Below, one piece after another: positions 1 through 16,124 of a DNA stretch of 64,000 nt. This DNA is from the human T2T-CHM13v2.0 reference genome, Homo sapiens. Made by a program: the position numbers and the translations under genes. The notes under the pieces were generated by a model. It was not told the DNA's origin, searched no databases, and was given only the letters and a program-made list of their open reading frames with translations. Where the stretch lies: the NCBI RefSeq assembly GCF_009914755.1, contig NC_060931.1. The stretch is one strand, 5' to 3'. Each line of letters opens with the position of its first letter. Positions within the stretch are counted from its first letter, which is position 1.

Positions 1-575
1 CACCTGTAATCCCAGCACTTTGGAAGGCTGAGGTGGGAGAACTGCCTGAGTGTAGGAGATCACCACCAGCCTGGTCAACATAGCGACACTTTGTCTCTAC
101 TAAAAATTAAAAAATAAAATGAGCTACACATTGCAGTACACACCTGTTGTCCCAGCTACTGGGGAGGCTAAGACTGAAGGATCACTTGAGCCTAGAAGGT
201 TGAGGCTGCAGTAAGCTATGATCATACTACTGCACTTTAGCTCTGGTAAGAGCAAGACTGTGTTTCTTAAATAAAATAAACATTAGATGGGAATATTGCT
301 CAAGCCCTGGAGGTTGAGGCTGCAGTTAACTGTGATTGCACCACTGCAGTCCAGCCTAGGCGATAGAGCAAGACCCTTTCTCTAAAAATAAAATAAAATA
401 AAAATTAACCTTCCATCATATTTCCCAGTAACGCCTTCCCTCCTACATTTCTCCTAGAAGCCCTTGAATTTTGTTTGTTTTTCACATACCATTTAAAACT
501 TTCAAGTACTGATGTCTGTCTGTGTCATCCCTCTTTTTTTTTTTCTTTTAAAGAATGTCTTTTTGTCACTTCCGG

Positions 576-640
576 CTGGATCTACCATGAAAGATTTCTG
601 AATCCAGGAAGAGAGATTGACTGGGCAACATGTTATTCAG
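576..640 (+). other. Candidate 65-bp lncRNA exon, unit A copy (acceptor AG mutated to GG)
   Basis: tccGG|ctggatctacc...ttattcag|gtac, versus tccAG| in unit B; an alternative AG at 552-553 follows a long T tract. Confidence 0.55.
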
Positions 641-1286
641 GTACAAAAAGACTTGGACTATAACTCAAAAATGATCAAATAATACTGCATGCATCAAATG
701 CAGTGGAAGCTCTTCTGGAGAGTGAGAGAAGCTTCCAGTTAAAGTGACATTGAAACCAGGTCCTGAAAGATGAGGAAGAGTTGTATGAGAGTGGGGAGGG
801 AAAGGGGAGGTGGAGGGATGGGCAATGGGCTGGGATGGGATGGAGTGAGCTACCCAGGCAGGGAAACCAGCACTGTACAGACCCGAACAATGAAGATGGC
901 ACATTTTGTTCAGGGAATGGTGAATTAAGTGTGGCAGGAATGCTTTGGAGAGATGGTCATTTGCTTGTATGGAATTTTGCCCAAGAGACCTCATTACAGT
1001 TTCTAATTTTTTGATGTTATCATGCATCACTGCCCTTGTCAAATAGTATGATAATCACAATAACATCAAACATAATATTTCATTGATCTCACAAAAACAG
1101 GTGGGTGCCACAGTTATCCCCATTATACGCGCAAAATGATGAAGACTTGGGGTTAATGAGCAATTTGCCCAACCTCACCTGGGTATTAAGACTGAGTCAC
1201 ATGTTAGGTCTGGTCTGACTTTAATGCTTGCCTTGTTCATGAGCACCATGCATTGCCTCTCCTATGCAGTTAAGCAGGTAGACAGG

Positions 1287-2760
1287 TGAGAGAAGAACTC
1301 ATGTTTCTCTCTACTCACACACTACTGACCAAGTATGTGTGTGGAGTTTCTACACCAATTCTCCAACTGTTTGGATACCAACTGCGTATCCCACAATTCC
1401 ATTCTGACACTACCTGGAGTTAGTGCAGACCCCACAGATTAGGGGCTCAGTCCCACAAGACCACCCTCACTTCAGATGCCAATTGCAAGTCCTAGGTTGT
1501 CACTTGTATTTTGACCAACCAGTTAGAAATCAGGGTTTCCCATGACCCTCTTCTTGAGTTTAATTATTTACTAGAACAACTCACAGAACTTAGAAAAACA
1601 GGTTTTTTTCTTTTCTTTTAAGAGACAGGGCCTCACTCTGTTGTCCAGGCTGGTGTGCAGTGGTGCAGTCATAGCTCATTGAAGCCTCAGCCTCCAGGGC
1701 TCAAGTGATTCTCCTGCTTCAGCCTCTCAAGTAGCTGGAATTACAGGGTTCCCACCACCACATCTGGCTAATTTCTTTTAATTTTTGTATAGATGGGGTC
1801 TTATGTTGCCCAGGCTGGTCTCAAATTCCTAGGCTCAAGTGATTCCGCCCACCTCTGCCTCCCAAAGTGCTGGGTTTACAGGCATGAGCCACCATATCTG
1901 GCCAGCTTATTTTCTATTACTTGCTCAATGTAAAGGCTCCATCTCAGGAACAGCCGATGAAAGAGATGCACAGGACAAGGTAAGTGGGGAGGGGCACAGA
2001 GCTTCCATGCCCTCTGTTGGGCATGCTACCCTCCCAGCACCTCCTTGTGTTCAGCAACACAAGGTTCTCCAAACCCTGTTATTTGGGTTTTTATGGAGGC
2101 CTGATTGATTGGCCATTGGTAGTTAAGTCAATCTCCAGTCCCTTTTGCCTCCTGGAGTTCAGCAGGTGAGGCTGAAAGTTCCAAGCCTCAAAAAATGTGG
2201 TTGGAGCTGGGCGCAGTGGCTCATGCCTGTAATCCTAGCACTTTGGGAGTCCGAGGCATGTGGATCACTTGAGGTCAGGAGTTTGAGACCAGCCTGACCA
2301 ACATGGTGAAACCCCGTCTCTACTAAAAATAACAAAAATTAGCTGGGCATTGTGGTGCATCCCTATAATTCCAGCTACTTAGGAGGTGGAGGCAGGAGAA
2401 TTGCTTGAACGTGGGAGGCGGAGGTTGCAGTGAGCTGAGACTGTGCCGTTGCACTCCAGCTTGGGCTACAAGAGCCAAACTCCATTTAAAAAAAATGTGG
2501 TTGGTTCCTCTGGCAGCCAGCCCTCCTCCTGAAGCAGTCTAGGAGCTTGCAGCCACCCTGTCAGCTCAACAGCATCCCACTTGCATTCTTACCATGCTAC
2601 AGATCTGAAAGACCTTAGAGGCCCTTGTGTCAGGAACCTGGGACTAAGACTAAATATTAAAACAGAAAGTGCTCATATTACCTTTGTCACTAAGGACTTT
2701 ATAAGAGCTTTAGAAGCTCTATGCCAGGAACCAGGGGCAGAGACCAAATGTATATTTCTT
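1287..2760 (-). mobile_element. MER21-family LTR (ERVL) interrupted by two Alus, unit A
   Basis: Matches MER21 motifs in reverse (ggggctcagtcccacaagac; ccaggaaccaggggcagagaccaaatgtatatttc). Confidence 0.75.
2205..2490 (+). mobile_element. AluS inserted in MER21, present only in unit A
   Basis: Full dimer; TSD aaaaatgtggttgg at 2191-2204 and 2491-2504; empty site at ~14260-14275. Confidence 0.9.
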
Positions 2761-3067
2761 TTCTTATATTTGAGACAGAGTCTCTCTCTGCCACCAAGGC
2801 TGGAGTGCCGTGATGTGATCATAGCTCACTGCAGCCTTGACCTCCTAGGCTAAAGTGATCCTCCCACCTTAGCCTCTCCAGTAGCTGGAACTACAGGCTT
2901 GCATCACCATGTCCAGCTGATTTTAATTTTAATTTTGTAAAGGCAGGGTCTTCCTATGTTCCCCAGGCTGATCTCTAACTCTTGGCCTCAAGCAATCCTT
3001 CCTCTTTGGCCTCCCAAAGTGTTGGGATTACAGATGGGAGCCCCCATGCCCACCAATCACAAGGATC

Positions 3068-3420
3068 TTTATAAGAGAAACAAGGAGGTAAGAGAGTCAG
3101 AATTAGAGAAGGAGATGTGGTGAAGGAAGAAGAGGTCAGAGAGGGAGATTTGAAGATGCTGCACTTCTGGCCTTGAATATGGAGTCAGAGGCCATCTTCA
3201 AGGTGAGTCAAGGAATGGGGGTGGCTTCTAGAAGCTGGAAAAGGCAAAGGAGCTCATTCTCTCTAGAGTCTCCAGAAGGAATGCAGCCCCTCTGACACCT
3301 TGACTTTAGCCTTAATAGACCTAGTTGGGCTTCTGGTCCGTAGAACTGTAAGGTGGTAGATTTATGATGTTTCAAGCCACTAAATGTAGGGTAGTTTGTT
3401 GTAGCAGCAAGTAAAAAATG
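3068..3420 (+). mobile_element. MLT1 (MaLR) LTR fragment, unit A
   Basis: ctagaagctggaaaaggcaa...ctctagagtctccagaaggaatgcagccc...ccttgactttagcc...aagccact motifs. Confidence 0.75.
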
Positions 3421-4024
3421 AACATGAAGCCAGGGCTTCATGTTACAGTTGCTCATGCCTGTAATCCCAGGACTTTAGGAGGCTGAGGTAGGAGGATTGC
3501 TTGAGCCCAGGAGCTTAAGACCAGCCTGGGCAACATAATGAGACCTCATGTCTAAAAGAATTTTTTTAAAAAGGCCAGGCGCAGTGGCTCACATTTGTAA
3601 TCCCAGCACTTTGGGAGGTGGAGGCGGGTGGATCACGAGGTCAGAAGTTCAAGACCAGCATGGCCAAGATGGTGAAACCCCATCTCTACTAAAAATACAA
3701 AAATTATCCAGGTGTGGTGGTAGGTGTAATCCCAGCTACTCGGGAGGGTGAGGCAGAGAATCACTTGAACCTGAAAGGCAGACATTGCAGTGAGCTGAGA
3801 TCGTGCTGTTGCACTTCAGCCTGGGCGACCGAGACTATGTCTCAAAAAAAAAAAAAAAAAATTAGCCAGGTGTTGTGGCATGCAGCTGTAGTCTCAGTTC
3901 CTAGGGAAGCTGAGGTGGGAGAATTGTTTAAGCCTAGGAGGTTGAAGTTGCTGTGAGCTATGATTGCACCACTGTACTGCAGCCTGGGCAATAGAGCAAG
4001 ACCTTGTTTCAAAAAGAAAGAAAG

Positions 4025-4640
4025 AAATGAGCATGGTGGGAATGGGGACAGATGGCAATGTTAAGTAGCGTGGTCAGGGTTGGCCTCATAAGTGAATATT
4101 GAGCAAAAGTTTGAAGCAGGTGATGGAGCTGGCCAAAGTGCTGAGGGAAAAGCATTGTAGGCTGAGTCAACAGGATAAAGGCATTAGGAGGAAATTCCCT
4201 GGTGTGTCTGAGGCTCTGGAAGGCCAGTGGAGCAAAGAGATAGAGGGAGCGAAGTCGGCAAGGAGGCCAGGGAGTTGCTGGGCTGGGATCGGTACAGACC
4301 GTGTAAGCCCTGGGACACTGTTGCTGGGGCTTTGGCTTTTACTCTGACTAAAATGGGAACCACCGAGGGCTTCTGAGCCGAGAGGCGACGTGATCTGTCT
4401 CCTGATTTAAAAGCACGCCCTGGCTGCCAAGTTGAGAAGACTATGGGAAGATTTGGGTAGAAGCATGGGGGCCAAGCTGTGGCAACATCCCGGTGGGAGA
4501 GGATAGTGATCCTGACCGGGTGCACGGTGGTGGTGAGAGATGGTCAGAGCCTGGATACATGTTGAAGTCAGTCAGTAGGATTTCCTGACATTACCCAAAG
4601 CTGTGAGAGAAGGCAGGGGTCAAGGTTGAGTTTGATTCTA
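4025..4640 (-). mobile_element. L2 fragment (paralogue at ~16075-16735; another L2 at ~9330-9950)
   Basis: Purine-rich L2 antisense signature (tttggcttttactctgac...gggcttctgagc...ggctgcc..ttgagaaga). Confidence 0.6.
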
Positions 4641-5659
4641 ATTGAATTATTAAGTAATTTTAAAAAACACTACTGCCTTTCCCAATCCTACCAAGTAAAG
4701 GATGCTAGATAAAAGAAATCTCAAGTCAGGCCAGGTGCAGTGGCTCACACCTATAGTTCCAACAGTTTGAGAGGCAGAGATGGGAGTATGTTTTAAGGCC
4801 ATGAGTTTGAGAGCAGCCTGGGCAACATAGCAAGACCGCTCTACAAAAATAAAAGAAATAAATATAATAAAATAAATATAGCCAAGCATGATGGTGTGTA
4901 CCTGTGGCCCCACTTACTCAGGAGGCTGAGATGGGCAGATCTCTTGATTCTAGGAGTTTGAGGCCAGCTTGGGCAACATATCAAGATTTCTCTCTCTACA
5001 AAAATTGAAAGAAAAAAAAAAGCCTGACATGGTGGTACTTGCCTGTATTCCCAGGTATTGGGGCAGCTGAGGCAGGAGCATCTCTTGAGCCCAGTTGGTC
5101 AAGGCTGCAGTGAGCTATGATTATACCACTGCACTCCATCCTGGGTGACAGAGTGGGACCCTGTCTCAAAATACAAATACAAATGAAATGAAATCTCAAG
5201 TCAGACCAGTCCCTTCTAGGCTATGTAGGCCTTGCAACCACATAGCTGTGTGATCTGGTTTGTGTGGCTGTGGATGAGGAAACCCCTGCCAATTGTTATT
5301 GGCTATATAATCAGTTTATTTTTCAATATAGTAATCAAATATATTTCATCATATTTGATGGTCTCAAATATGTGTGGGTTTTGGAATTCCCCTTGGAACA
5401 GGTTGTAACATCTTATTGGCTCCATCATTCCATAATTTTTTGAATCTGATCAGTTTTTAATAAGGTCAGAATTGATATTAGACTACCTAATCAGTTTTTA
5501 ATGAGAAAATGAAATTGTGTTGTTTGCACTTTATCCAAGATTGGTGTCATATTGGCTAAATCTAATCAATACTTGAACAAATGCAAAATTAGAGCTTCTT
5601 TATCATGAAACACTATGTCATTCTTTAAGAAGATGCCATTTTTTTTTTTTTTTTTTTAA

Positions 5660-5872
<213 letters not shown>

Positions 5873-6323
5873 TGATCTGCCTGCCTCAGCCTCCCAAAAT
5901 GCAGGGATTACAGACATGAGCTACCACTCCGGGCCTCCATTTCTTTTTTGTAGTCTTTAATAAACAGCTGCTATCGTTGCAGACTTGCTATTTAGGCACT
6001 TAGGAATTTTTCACTAGAAGGCGTGTAAAGAAAGACCACGGACCTTTGTAAGGAATTTAGCATTCATTCTTTGACTACATGACTGTCCCCAGAGCTATAA
6101 CTTTACTAATGAATTTTTTAGAAGCCACTTAGCTAGCAACTGAGCCTAATCAGCCACTCACCCTCGTTATTCAGTGCTCTTTTTTTATTGTCTATTTCTC
6201 CTCCAACTTGGCTATACTCACAAAGTAATAAAAACTTGCATTTGTTTTCTTTCCTTTTCAGAGACAGGGTCTTGCTCTGTTGCTCAGGCTGCAGTACAGT
6301 GACATGATCATGGTTCACTGTAG

Positions 6324-6473
<150 letters not shown>

Positions 6474-6569
6474 TGACTTCAAGTGATCCTCCTGCCTCAG
6501 CCTCCCAAAGTGCTGGGATTACAGGCAGACATGACCACCTGTGCCCAGCCCCCTATTATTATTATTTTA

Positions 6570-7190
6570 AATAATAGCTTTATTAAAATATGATTCACAT
6601 ACCATTCACTTTATTTATTGAAATCTGCAATTCAGTAGGTTTTAGATTATTCACAGAGCTGTGCATCGATCACCACAGTCACTTTTAGAACCTTTCATTA
6701 CCCTGTAGAGAAATCCATATCCATACCCCTTAGCCACTACCTCCTACTCCCCCAACATGCCTTGGCCCCCAGCCTTAGGCAGCCATTGATTTATTTTTTG
6801 TCACTATAGATTTGCCTAATCTGGACAAATAGAATTGCACAATATGTGATCTTTTGTGGCTTTTTTTCCCTCTTAGCACAGTGTTTTCAAAGTTCCTTTA
6901 TGTCATAGTGTCTATCAATATTTCATTCCTTCTATGGCAATATTCCATGGTAGAGACACACTGCGTTTTGTTTATCTGTTCATCAGTTGGTGGACATTTG
7001 GGTTGTTTCCATGTATTGGCCATTATGAATAATGCTGCTATGAAGACTGTTGTACAAGTTTTTGTGTGGATATATATTTTTATTTCTCTGGGATATATGC
7101 CTAGGAGTGAAATTGTTGCATTGTATGATGACTGTACATTTAGCCTTTTGAGAAACTGCCACACTGTTTTCTAAAGTGGCTACACCAGTT
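6570..7190 (-). mobile_element. Old L1M fragment (ORF2 C-terminus and 3' UTR)
   Basis: ORF 6898..7164(-) WQFLKRLN...LLGIYPREIK...TCTTVFIAALF...WKQPKCP is the L1 ORF2p C-terminal signature. Confidence 0.85.
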
Positions 7191-8269
7191 GGGTGCAATG
7201 GCTCACACCTATAATCCCAGCTACTCAGGAGGCTCAGTTGGGAGGAATTGAGCCCATGAATTCAAGTCCAGCCTGGGCAAGATAGTGAAACCCTGTCTTG
7301 ATTAAAAAAAAAAAAATCCAATTAAAATGACAAGAACAGAACTACCCAAACAAAGAGGTTACACGATTTCATGTTCCCACCAGTGATGTATGTGGGTTCC
7401 AACTCCTCCACATCTTCACTGACATTTTTTTTTTTTTTCTAGATAGGGGCTTGCTCTGTCTCTCAGGCTGCAGCGCAATGATGCCATCACAGTTCATTGC
7501 AGCCTTGACCTCCCAGGCAAAAGTGATTCTCTCATCTTAGCCTCCTGAGTAGCTGAAAATTACAGGTGTATGCCACCATGCTTGGCTAATTTTTATAGAT
7601 GGGATTTTACCATGTTGCCCAAGCTGGTCTCATACTCCTGGCCTCAAGTGATCTGCCCACCTCAGCCTCCCAAAGTTCTGGAATTACAGGCTGAGCCACC
7701 ATGCCCGGCCTTCACCAACATTTGTCATTATGGTTTTTTTTTCTTTATACCTTAAAGCAGTATAAGAACGAGTTTCTTCAATTATAGGAAACAATATAAT
7801 CCCAGGGCATTGGGAAGCTAAGACAGGAAGATGTCTTGATGCCAGGAGTTTTTTTTTGTTTTTTGTTTTTTGGTTTTTGGTTTTTTTTTTTTAAGATAGA
7901 GTCTCACTCTGTTGCCCAGGGTGGAGTGCAGTGGTGCGATCTTGGCCCACTGCAACCTCTGCCTCAGCCTCCTGAGTAGCTGAGACTACAGGTACATGCC
8001 ACTACTGCCCGGCTTATTTTTATATTTTTAGTAGAGTCAGAGTTTCACCATGTTGGCCACACTGGTCTCGAACTCCTGACTTCAGGTGATTTGCCTGCCT
8101 CAGCCTCCCAAAGTGCTGGGATAGCAAGCATGAGCCACCATGCCCAGCCTGATGCCAGGAGTTTTAGACCAGCCTGGGCAACCTAGCAAGACCTGGTCTC
8201 TACAGAATATTTAAAAATTAGCCAAATGTGGGGGTACCTGCCTATAGTCTCTCTCCCTCTCTCTCTCTG

Positions 8270-8301
<32 letters not shown>

Positions 8302-8819
8302 TGAGACATGGTCTGGCTCTGTCACCCAGGCTGAAGTGCAGTGGTGTGATCATGGCTTACTGCAGCCTGAAACTCCTGGGATCAAGTGATGAATCCTCCC
8401 ACCTCATCCTACCAAGTAGTAGGGACCACAGGTGTATGCCACCCAGGTCTTTCTATGTTGCCCAGGCTGGTCTTGAGCTCCTGGCCTCAAGCAGTCCTCT
8501 CACCTTGGCCCCCCACAGTGCAAGGATTACAGGTATGAGCCACCATGCCTGGCCTCTACCCTGCCTATTGAGAACCAAAAGAAGGATCCAAATTCTCCTT
8601 AGCTCAACTTGAGCTATTTCCTAATTGCTTCATCAGCAAGGTGCTGGTTATTGGGTGTCCAGGCCTCCCAAGCAGCACAGAAATGAGGTAAGGGAGTTTT
8701 CCTGCTGCTTCACTCTGTGAGGAGTTGGAGGATGATGTTTACTCATTTGCAGAGAGAGATGCCTTGTAGCCACCTTAGGATGGAGGGGACCCTGATTCCA
8801 ATGTCCTTTTTTTCTTTAG

Positions 8820-9189
<370 letters not shown>

Positions 9190-10025
9190 TAAGGTCAGCT
9201 GATGATGAGCAACATTAATTTTATCTGCACTCTTAATTCCCCCTTCCTATGTAATTGTGCTGTGTAACATAGGACATGAGCAATTAGTTGGCAGGGTGGG
9301 GGGTTATTACTTTGGCCACCACAGTAACTTGTGCCAGGTACTGAGCTAACCACTGGTGAATTAAGCATGAATAACACACACTCCCTAATCTCCATCCATT
9401 CATGGGAGGAGCACCTCACCTGCCATGCTCCTGAGAATCTGGGGAGTCAAGGAAGTCTTCCATGAGGAGGTGATGCCAAAGCGGACAAGTGACAGAGGAG
9501 CCGAAGCTAGCCAGGAAGAGAGTAGAGGTTTAAGGGGAAGCATATTATAAGCAGAGGATATCACCCACTTCAGAGACTCCCAGAGGAGAAAGAGTGTGCA
9601 TTCAGGGGGCAGATGAGGCTGAGTTGGACTCCATAGCAGGTGAAATGGAGAGGGGCAAGCAGTGAGGCTGCCTTGCAAGGCAGGGCAGAGCGGGGGCTGT
9701 TAAGGAGTTTGGACTTAATCCCCAAGGCAAGGAGAAGTGATGTAAATGGGGAAGTAACATGATGAGATTCATGGATTAGAGACATGGCTCAGGCTTCTGT
9801 AGAGAAGGAACCAGGGAGAGCAGATGGCTCAATGGGTGTGCAGGAGACCTCTCACTGAGTTGAGGGAGAGGTTTTTAAAACAGAAGAAGTTTGAGTAATT
9901 TAAATGATGGTGGGAAGGCGCTAAAAGTGGGAGATAGGTTAAAGATACAGGAAAGTGGGAGGAAGAACTGACAAGTGAGGTTCCAGAGAGGGCAGGAGAA
10001 GAGGAGATTCCCTTAGGGGGATTAA

Positions 10026-10226
<201 letters not shown>

Positions 10227-10401
10227 TAGTCTCACTATGTTGCGCTGACAGGTCTCCAACTCCTGGCCTCAAGTGATCCTCCTGCCTAGGCTTCCCAAAT
10301 TGCTGGGATTACAGGCATGAGCCACAGTGCCTGGCCTCTGCTAGTTCTGTATTCTCTAGAGTTGTCTTTACTTTGTGCTAGTGTGTCCCTCATTATGCTG
10401 A

Positions 10402-10868
<467 letters not shown>

Positions 10869-11399
10869 TGACTTAGCCTCCCGAGTAGCTGGGATTACAG
10901 GTAAGTGCCACCACACCAAGCTAAATTTTGTGTTTTTTGTAGAGATGGGGTTTCGCCATGTTTCCCAGACTGGTCTCAAACTCCTGAGCTCAAAGCAATT
11001 CACCCGCCTTGGCCTCCCAAAGTGCTGGGATTACAGGTGTGAGCCACCTTGCTCATTCTAGTTTAAACTTTTGAGTGGTTTGTGTCTCCTGATTGGACTC
11101 CTACAAATACAGAATTGATGGTAGGAAGGGTACCAGGAGATAGACCCACACAGATGGGATTTGGGAATAGGTTTGGTTATCCAAGGAGCAGTGCTGAGCT
11201 CCTTGCTAATGGGATATGGGAGGCTGGTGATTTCCAGGAAGTGACCTCACAATGACTCAAGCTACCACATACTGTTCATTGTGAAATGCCAGTTGAAGCA
11301 TATGTCCTGTGAGCTTAGGGGTGCTACAAGTTGACCACTGCAGCAGTAAAGATGATTCTGAAGAATGGCATGGGATGGATCCTTTCGAATGCACTTGAG

Positions 11400-11846
11400 C
11401 AGCGGTCTCCAACCACAGGGCCACAGAGCTGGAGGTGAGCAGCAGGCAAGTGAAGGGAAACTTCATCTGTATTTCTAGCCCCTCCCGTCGCTTGCATGAC
11501 CACCTGAGCTCCATGTCCTGTCAGATCAGCAGCAGCATTAGATTCTCATAGGAGCACAAACTCTGTTGTGAAGTGTGCATGCGAGGGATCTAGGTTGTGT
11601 ACTCCTTATGAGAATCTAATGCCTGATATTCTGTTACTGTTTCCCATCACCCCAGATGGACAGTCTAGTTGCAGGAAAACAAGCTCAGAGATCCCACTGA
11701 GTCTACGTTATAGTGAGTTGTAGAATCATTTCATTATATATTACTATGTAGTAATAATAGAAATAAAGTGCTCAATATATGTATTGCACTTGAATCATCC
11801 TGAAATTATTCCCTCACTCCCAGTCTGTGGAAAAATTGCCTTCCAC
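11400..11846 (+). mobile_element. MER1A (hAT/Charlie DNA transposon), unit A
   Basis: cagcggtctccaacc start; gcattagattctcatagg; gggatctaggttg; gttgcaggaaaacaagctcag; gtggaaaaattg end. Confidence 0.85.
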
Positions 11847-12283
11847 ATATTCACTCTGTTTTTTGGTACAGGCAAGGTCTTAATATATTGCCCAGGCTGA
11901 TCTCAAACTCCTGGCCTCAAGTAATATACCTCTCTCAGCCTCCCAAAGTGCTGAGATTACAGGCATAAACCACCACCCTCAACCAAGACTTTCTTAAACC
12001 AAATAAAAATTAAGTGAGATTACTTGAGCCCATGTGGTCAAGGCTGCAGTGAGCCTGATTGCACCACTGCACTCCAGCCTAGGTGACAGAATGAGACTGT
12101 CTCAAAAAATAAAATAAAATACAAATGAACCCTTTATGACATTGCCAGTAACTTTCCCTCCTAAGTGTTCCCCACAAGTCTTTGAATTCTGTTTAATTTT
12201 CACATAACATTTAAGACGTTTAAGAACTTATGTCTGTCTGTGTCATCCCTTTATGTCAAAAGATGCCTTTTTGTCACTTCCAG

Positions 12284-12348
12284 CTGGATCTACCATGAAA
12301 GACTTCTGAATCCAGGAAGAGAGACTGACTGGGCAACATGTTATTCAG
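12284..12348 (+). other. Candidate 65-bp lncRNA exon, unit B copy (intact sites)
   Basis: tttttgtcacttccag|ctggatc...ttattcag|gtacaa. Confidence 0.6.
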
Positions 12349-13008
12349 GTACAAAAAGATTTGGACTGTAACTCAAAAATGATCAAATAATAGTGCATGC
12401 ATCAAGTGCAATGGGAAGCTCTTCGGGAGAGTGAGAGAAGCTTCCAGTTAAGGTGACATTGAAGCCAAGTCCTGAAAGATGAGGAAGAGTTGTATGAGAG
12501 TGGGGAGGAAAGGGGGAGGTGGAGGGATGGGGAATGGGCTGGGATGGGATGGAGCAAACTGCCCGGGAAGGGAAACCAGCACTGTACAGACCTGAACAAC
12601 GAAGATGGCATATTTTGTTCACGGAACGGTGAATTAAGTGTGGCAGGAATGCTTTGTAGAGACAGTAAGTTGCTTGTATGGAATTTTGCCCAAGAGACCT
12701 CATTGCAGTTTCTGATTTTTTGATGTCATCATCCATCACTGTCCTTGTCAAATAGTTTGGAATAGGTATAATGATCACAATAACCCCAAGCATAATATTT
12801 CATTAATTCTCACAGAATCACAGGTAGGTGCCACAGTTATCCCCATTTTATGAATGGAGTGATGAAGCCTTAGGAATAATGAATGATTTGCCCAAGCTCA
12901 CCTGGATATTAAGACTGAGTCAAATGTTGGGTCTGGTCTGACTTTAATGTTTGCTTTGTTCATGAGCACCACGTATTGCCTCTCCTATGCAGTTAAGCAG
13001 GTAGACAA

Positions 13009-14525
<1,517 letters not shown>

Positions 14526-15079
14526 TTCTTTTTTTTGAGACAGAATCTCCCTGTGTCATCCAGACTGGAGTGCAGTCTTGTGATCATAGCTCACTATAGC
14601 TTTGGCCTTCTGAGATCAAGCAATCCTCCCATCTCAACCTCCCAAGTAGCTAGGACTACACATACATGTCACCCATGCCCAGCTCATTTTTGTAGAGTCG
14701 GAGTTTCACCATGGTGGCCAGGTTGGCCATGTTGGCCAGATGGGGTCTTCTTTTGTTGCCCAGGCTGGCCACAAATTCCTGGGCTCAAGTGATCCTCCCA
14801 CCTCGTCCTTGTAGAGATGAGATTTAGTTATGTTGTCCAGGCTGATTTCAAACTCCTGGGCTAAATCGATTGTCTCACCTCAGCCTCTCAAGTAGCTGGG
14901 ACTACAGGCGCATACCACCATGTCGGGCTAATATTTATTTTTATTTTTTTCTAGAGGTGGGGGTCTCACTATGTTGTTCATGCTAGTTTCAAACTTCGGG
15001 CCTCAAGTGTTCCTCCTGCCTTGACCTCCCAAAGTGTTGGGATTCTGGGTGGGAGCCACCATGCCCAGCAATCACAAGG

Positions 15080-15428
15080 GTCTTTATATAAAAAAAAAAG
15101 AGGGTAGGAGATTCAGAATTGGAGCAGGAGATGTGGTGATGAAAGCAGAGGTAAGAGAGGGAGATTTGAAGATGCTTCACTTCTGGCTTTGAAGATGGAG
15201 TCAGGGGCCATGATCCAAGGAATGGGGGTGGCTTCTAGAAGCTGGAAAAGCCAAGGGAACACTTTAGAGTCTCCAGAAGGAATGCAGCCATGCTGACACC
15301 TTGACTTTAGCCTTAATAGACCTAGTTTGGGTTTCTGGCCCCTAGAACTGTAAGATGGTAGATTTGTGGTGTTTTAAGCCACTAAATGTAGGAAACTGCA
15401 AACTATGTTGCAGCAGCAAGAAGAAATG
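15080..15428 (+). mobile_element. MLT1 (MaLR) LTR fragment, unit B
   Basis: Paralogue of 3068-3420. Confidence 0.75.
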
Positions 15429-15484
15429 AACATGAAGCCAGGCATGATGGCTCATGCCGGTAATCCCAGCACTTTAGGAATTTA

Positions 15485-16124
<640 letters not shown>

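Noticed and set aside
6854-7198. ORFs resembling a reverse-transcriptase protein C-terminus
   Set aside because: Short decayed L1M ORF2 remnant.
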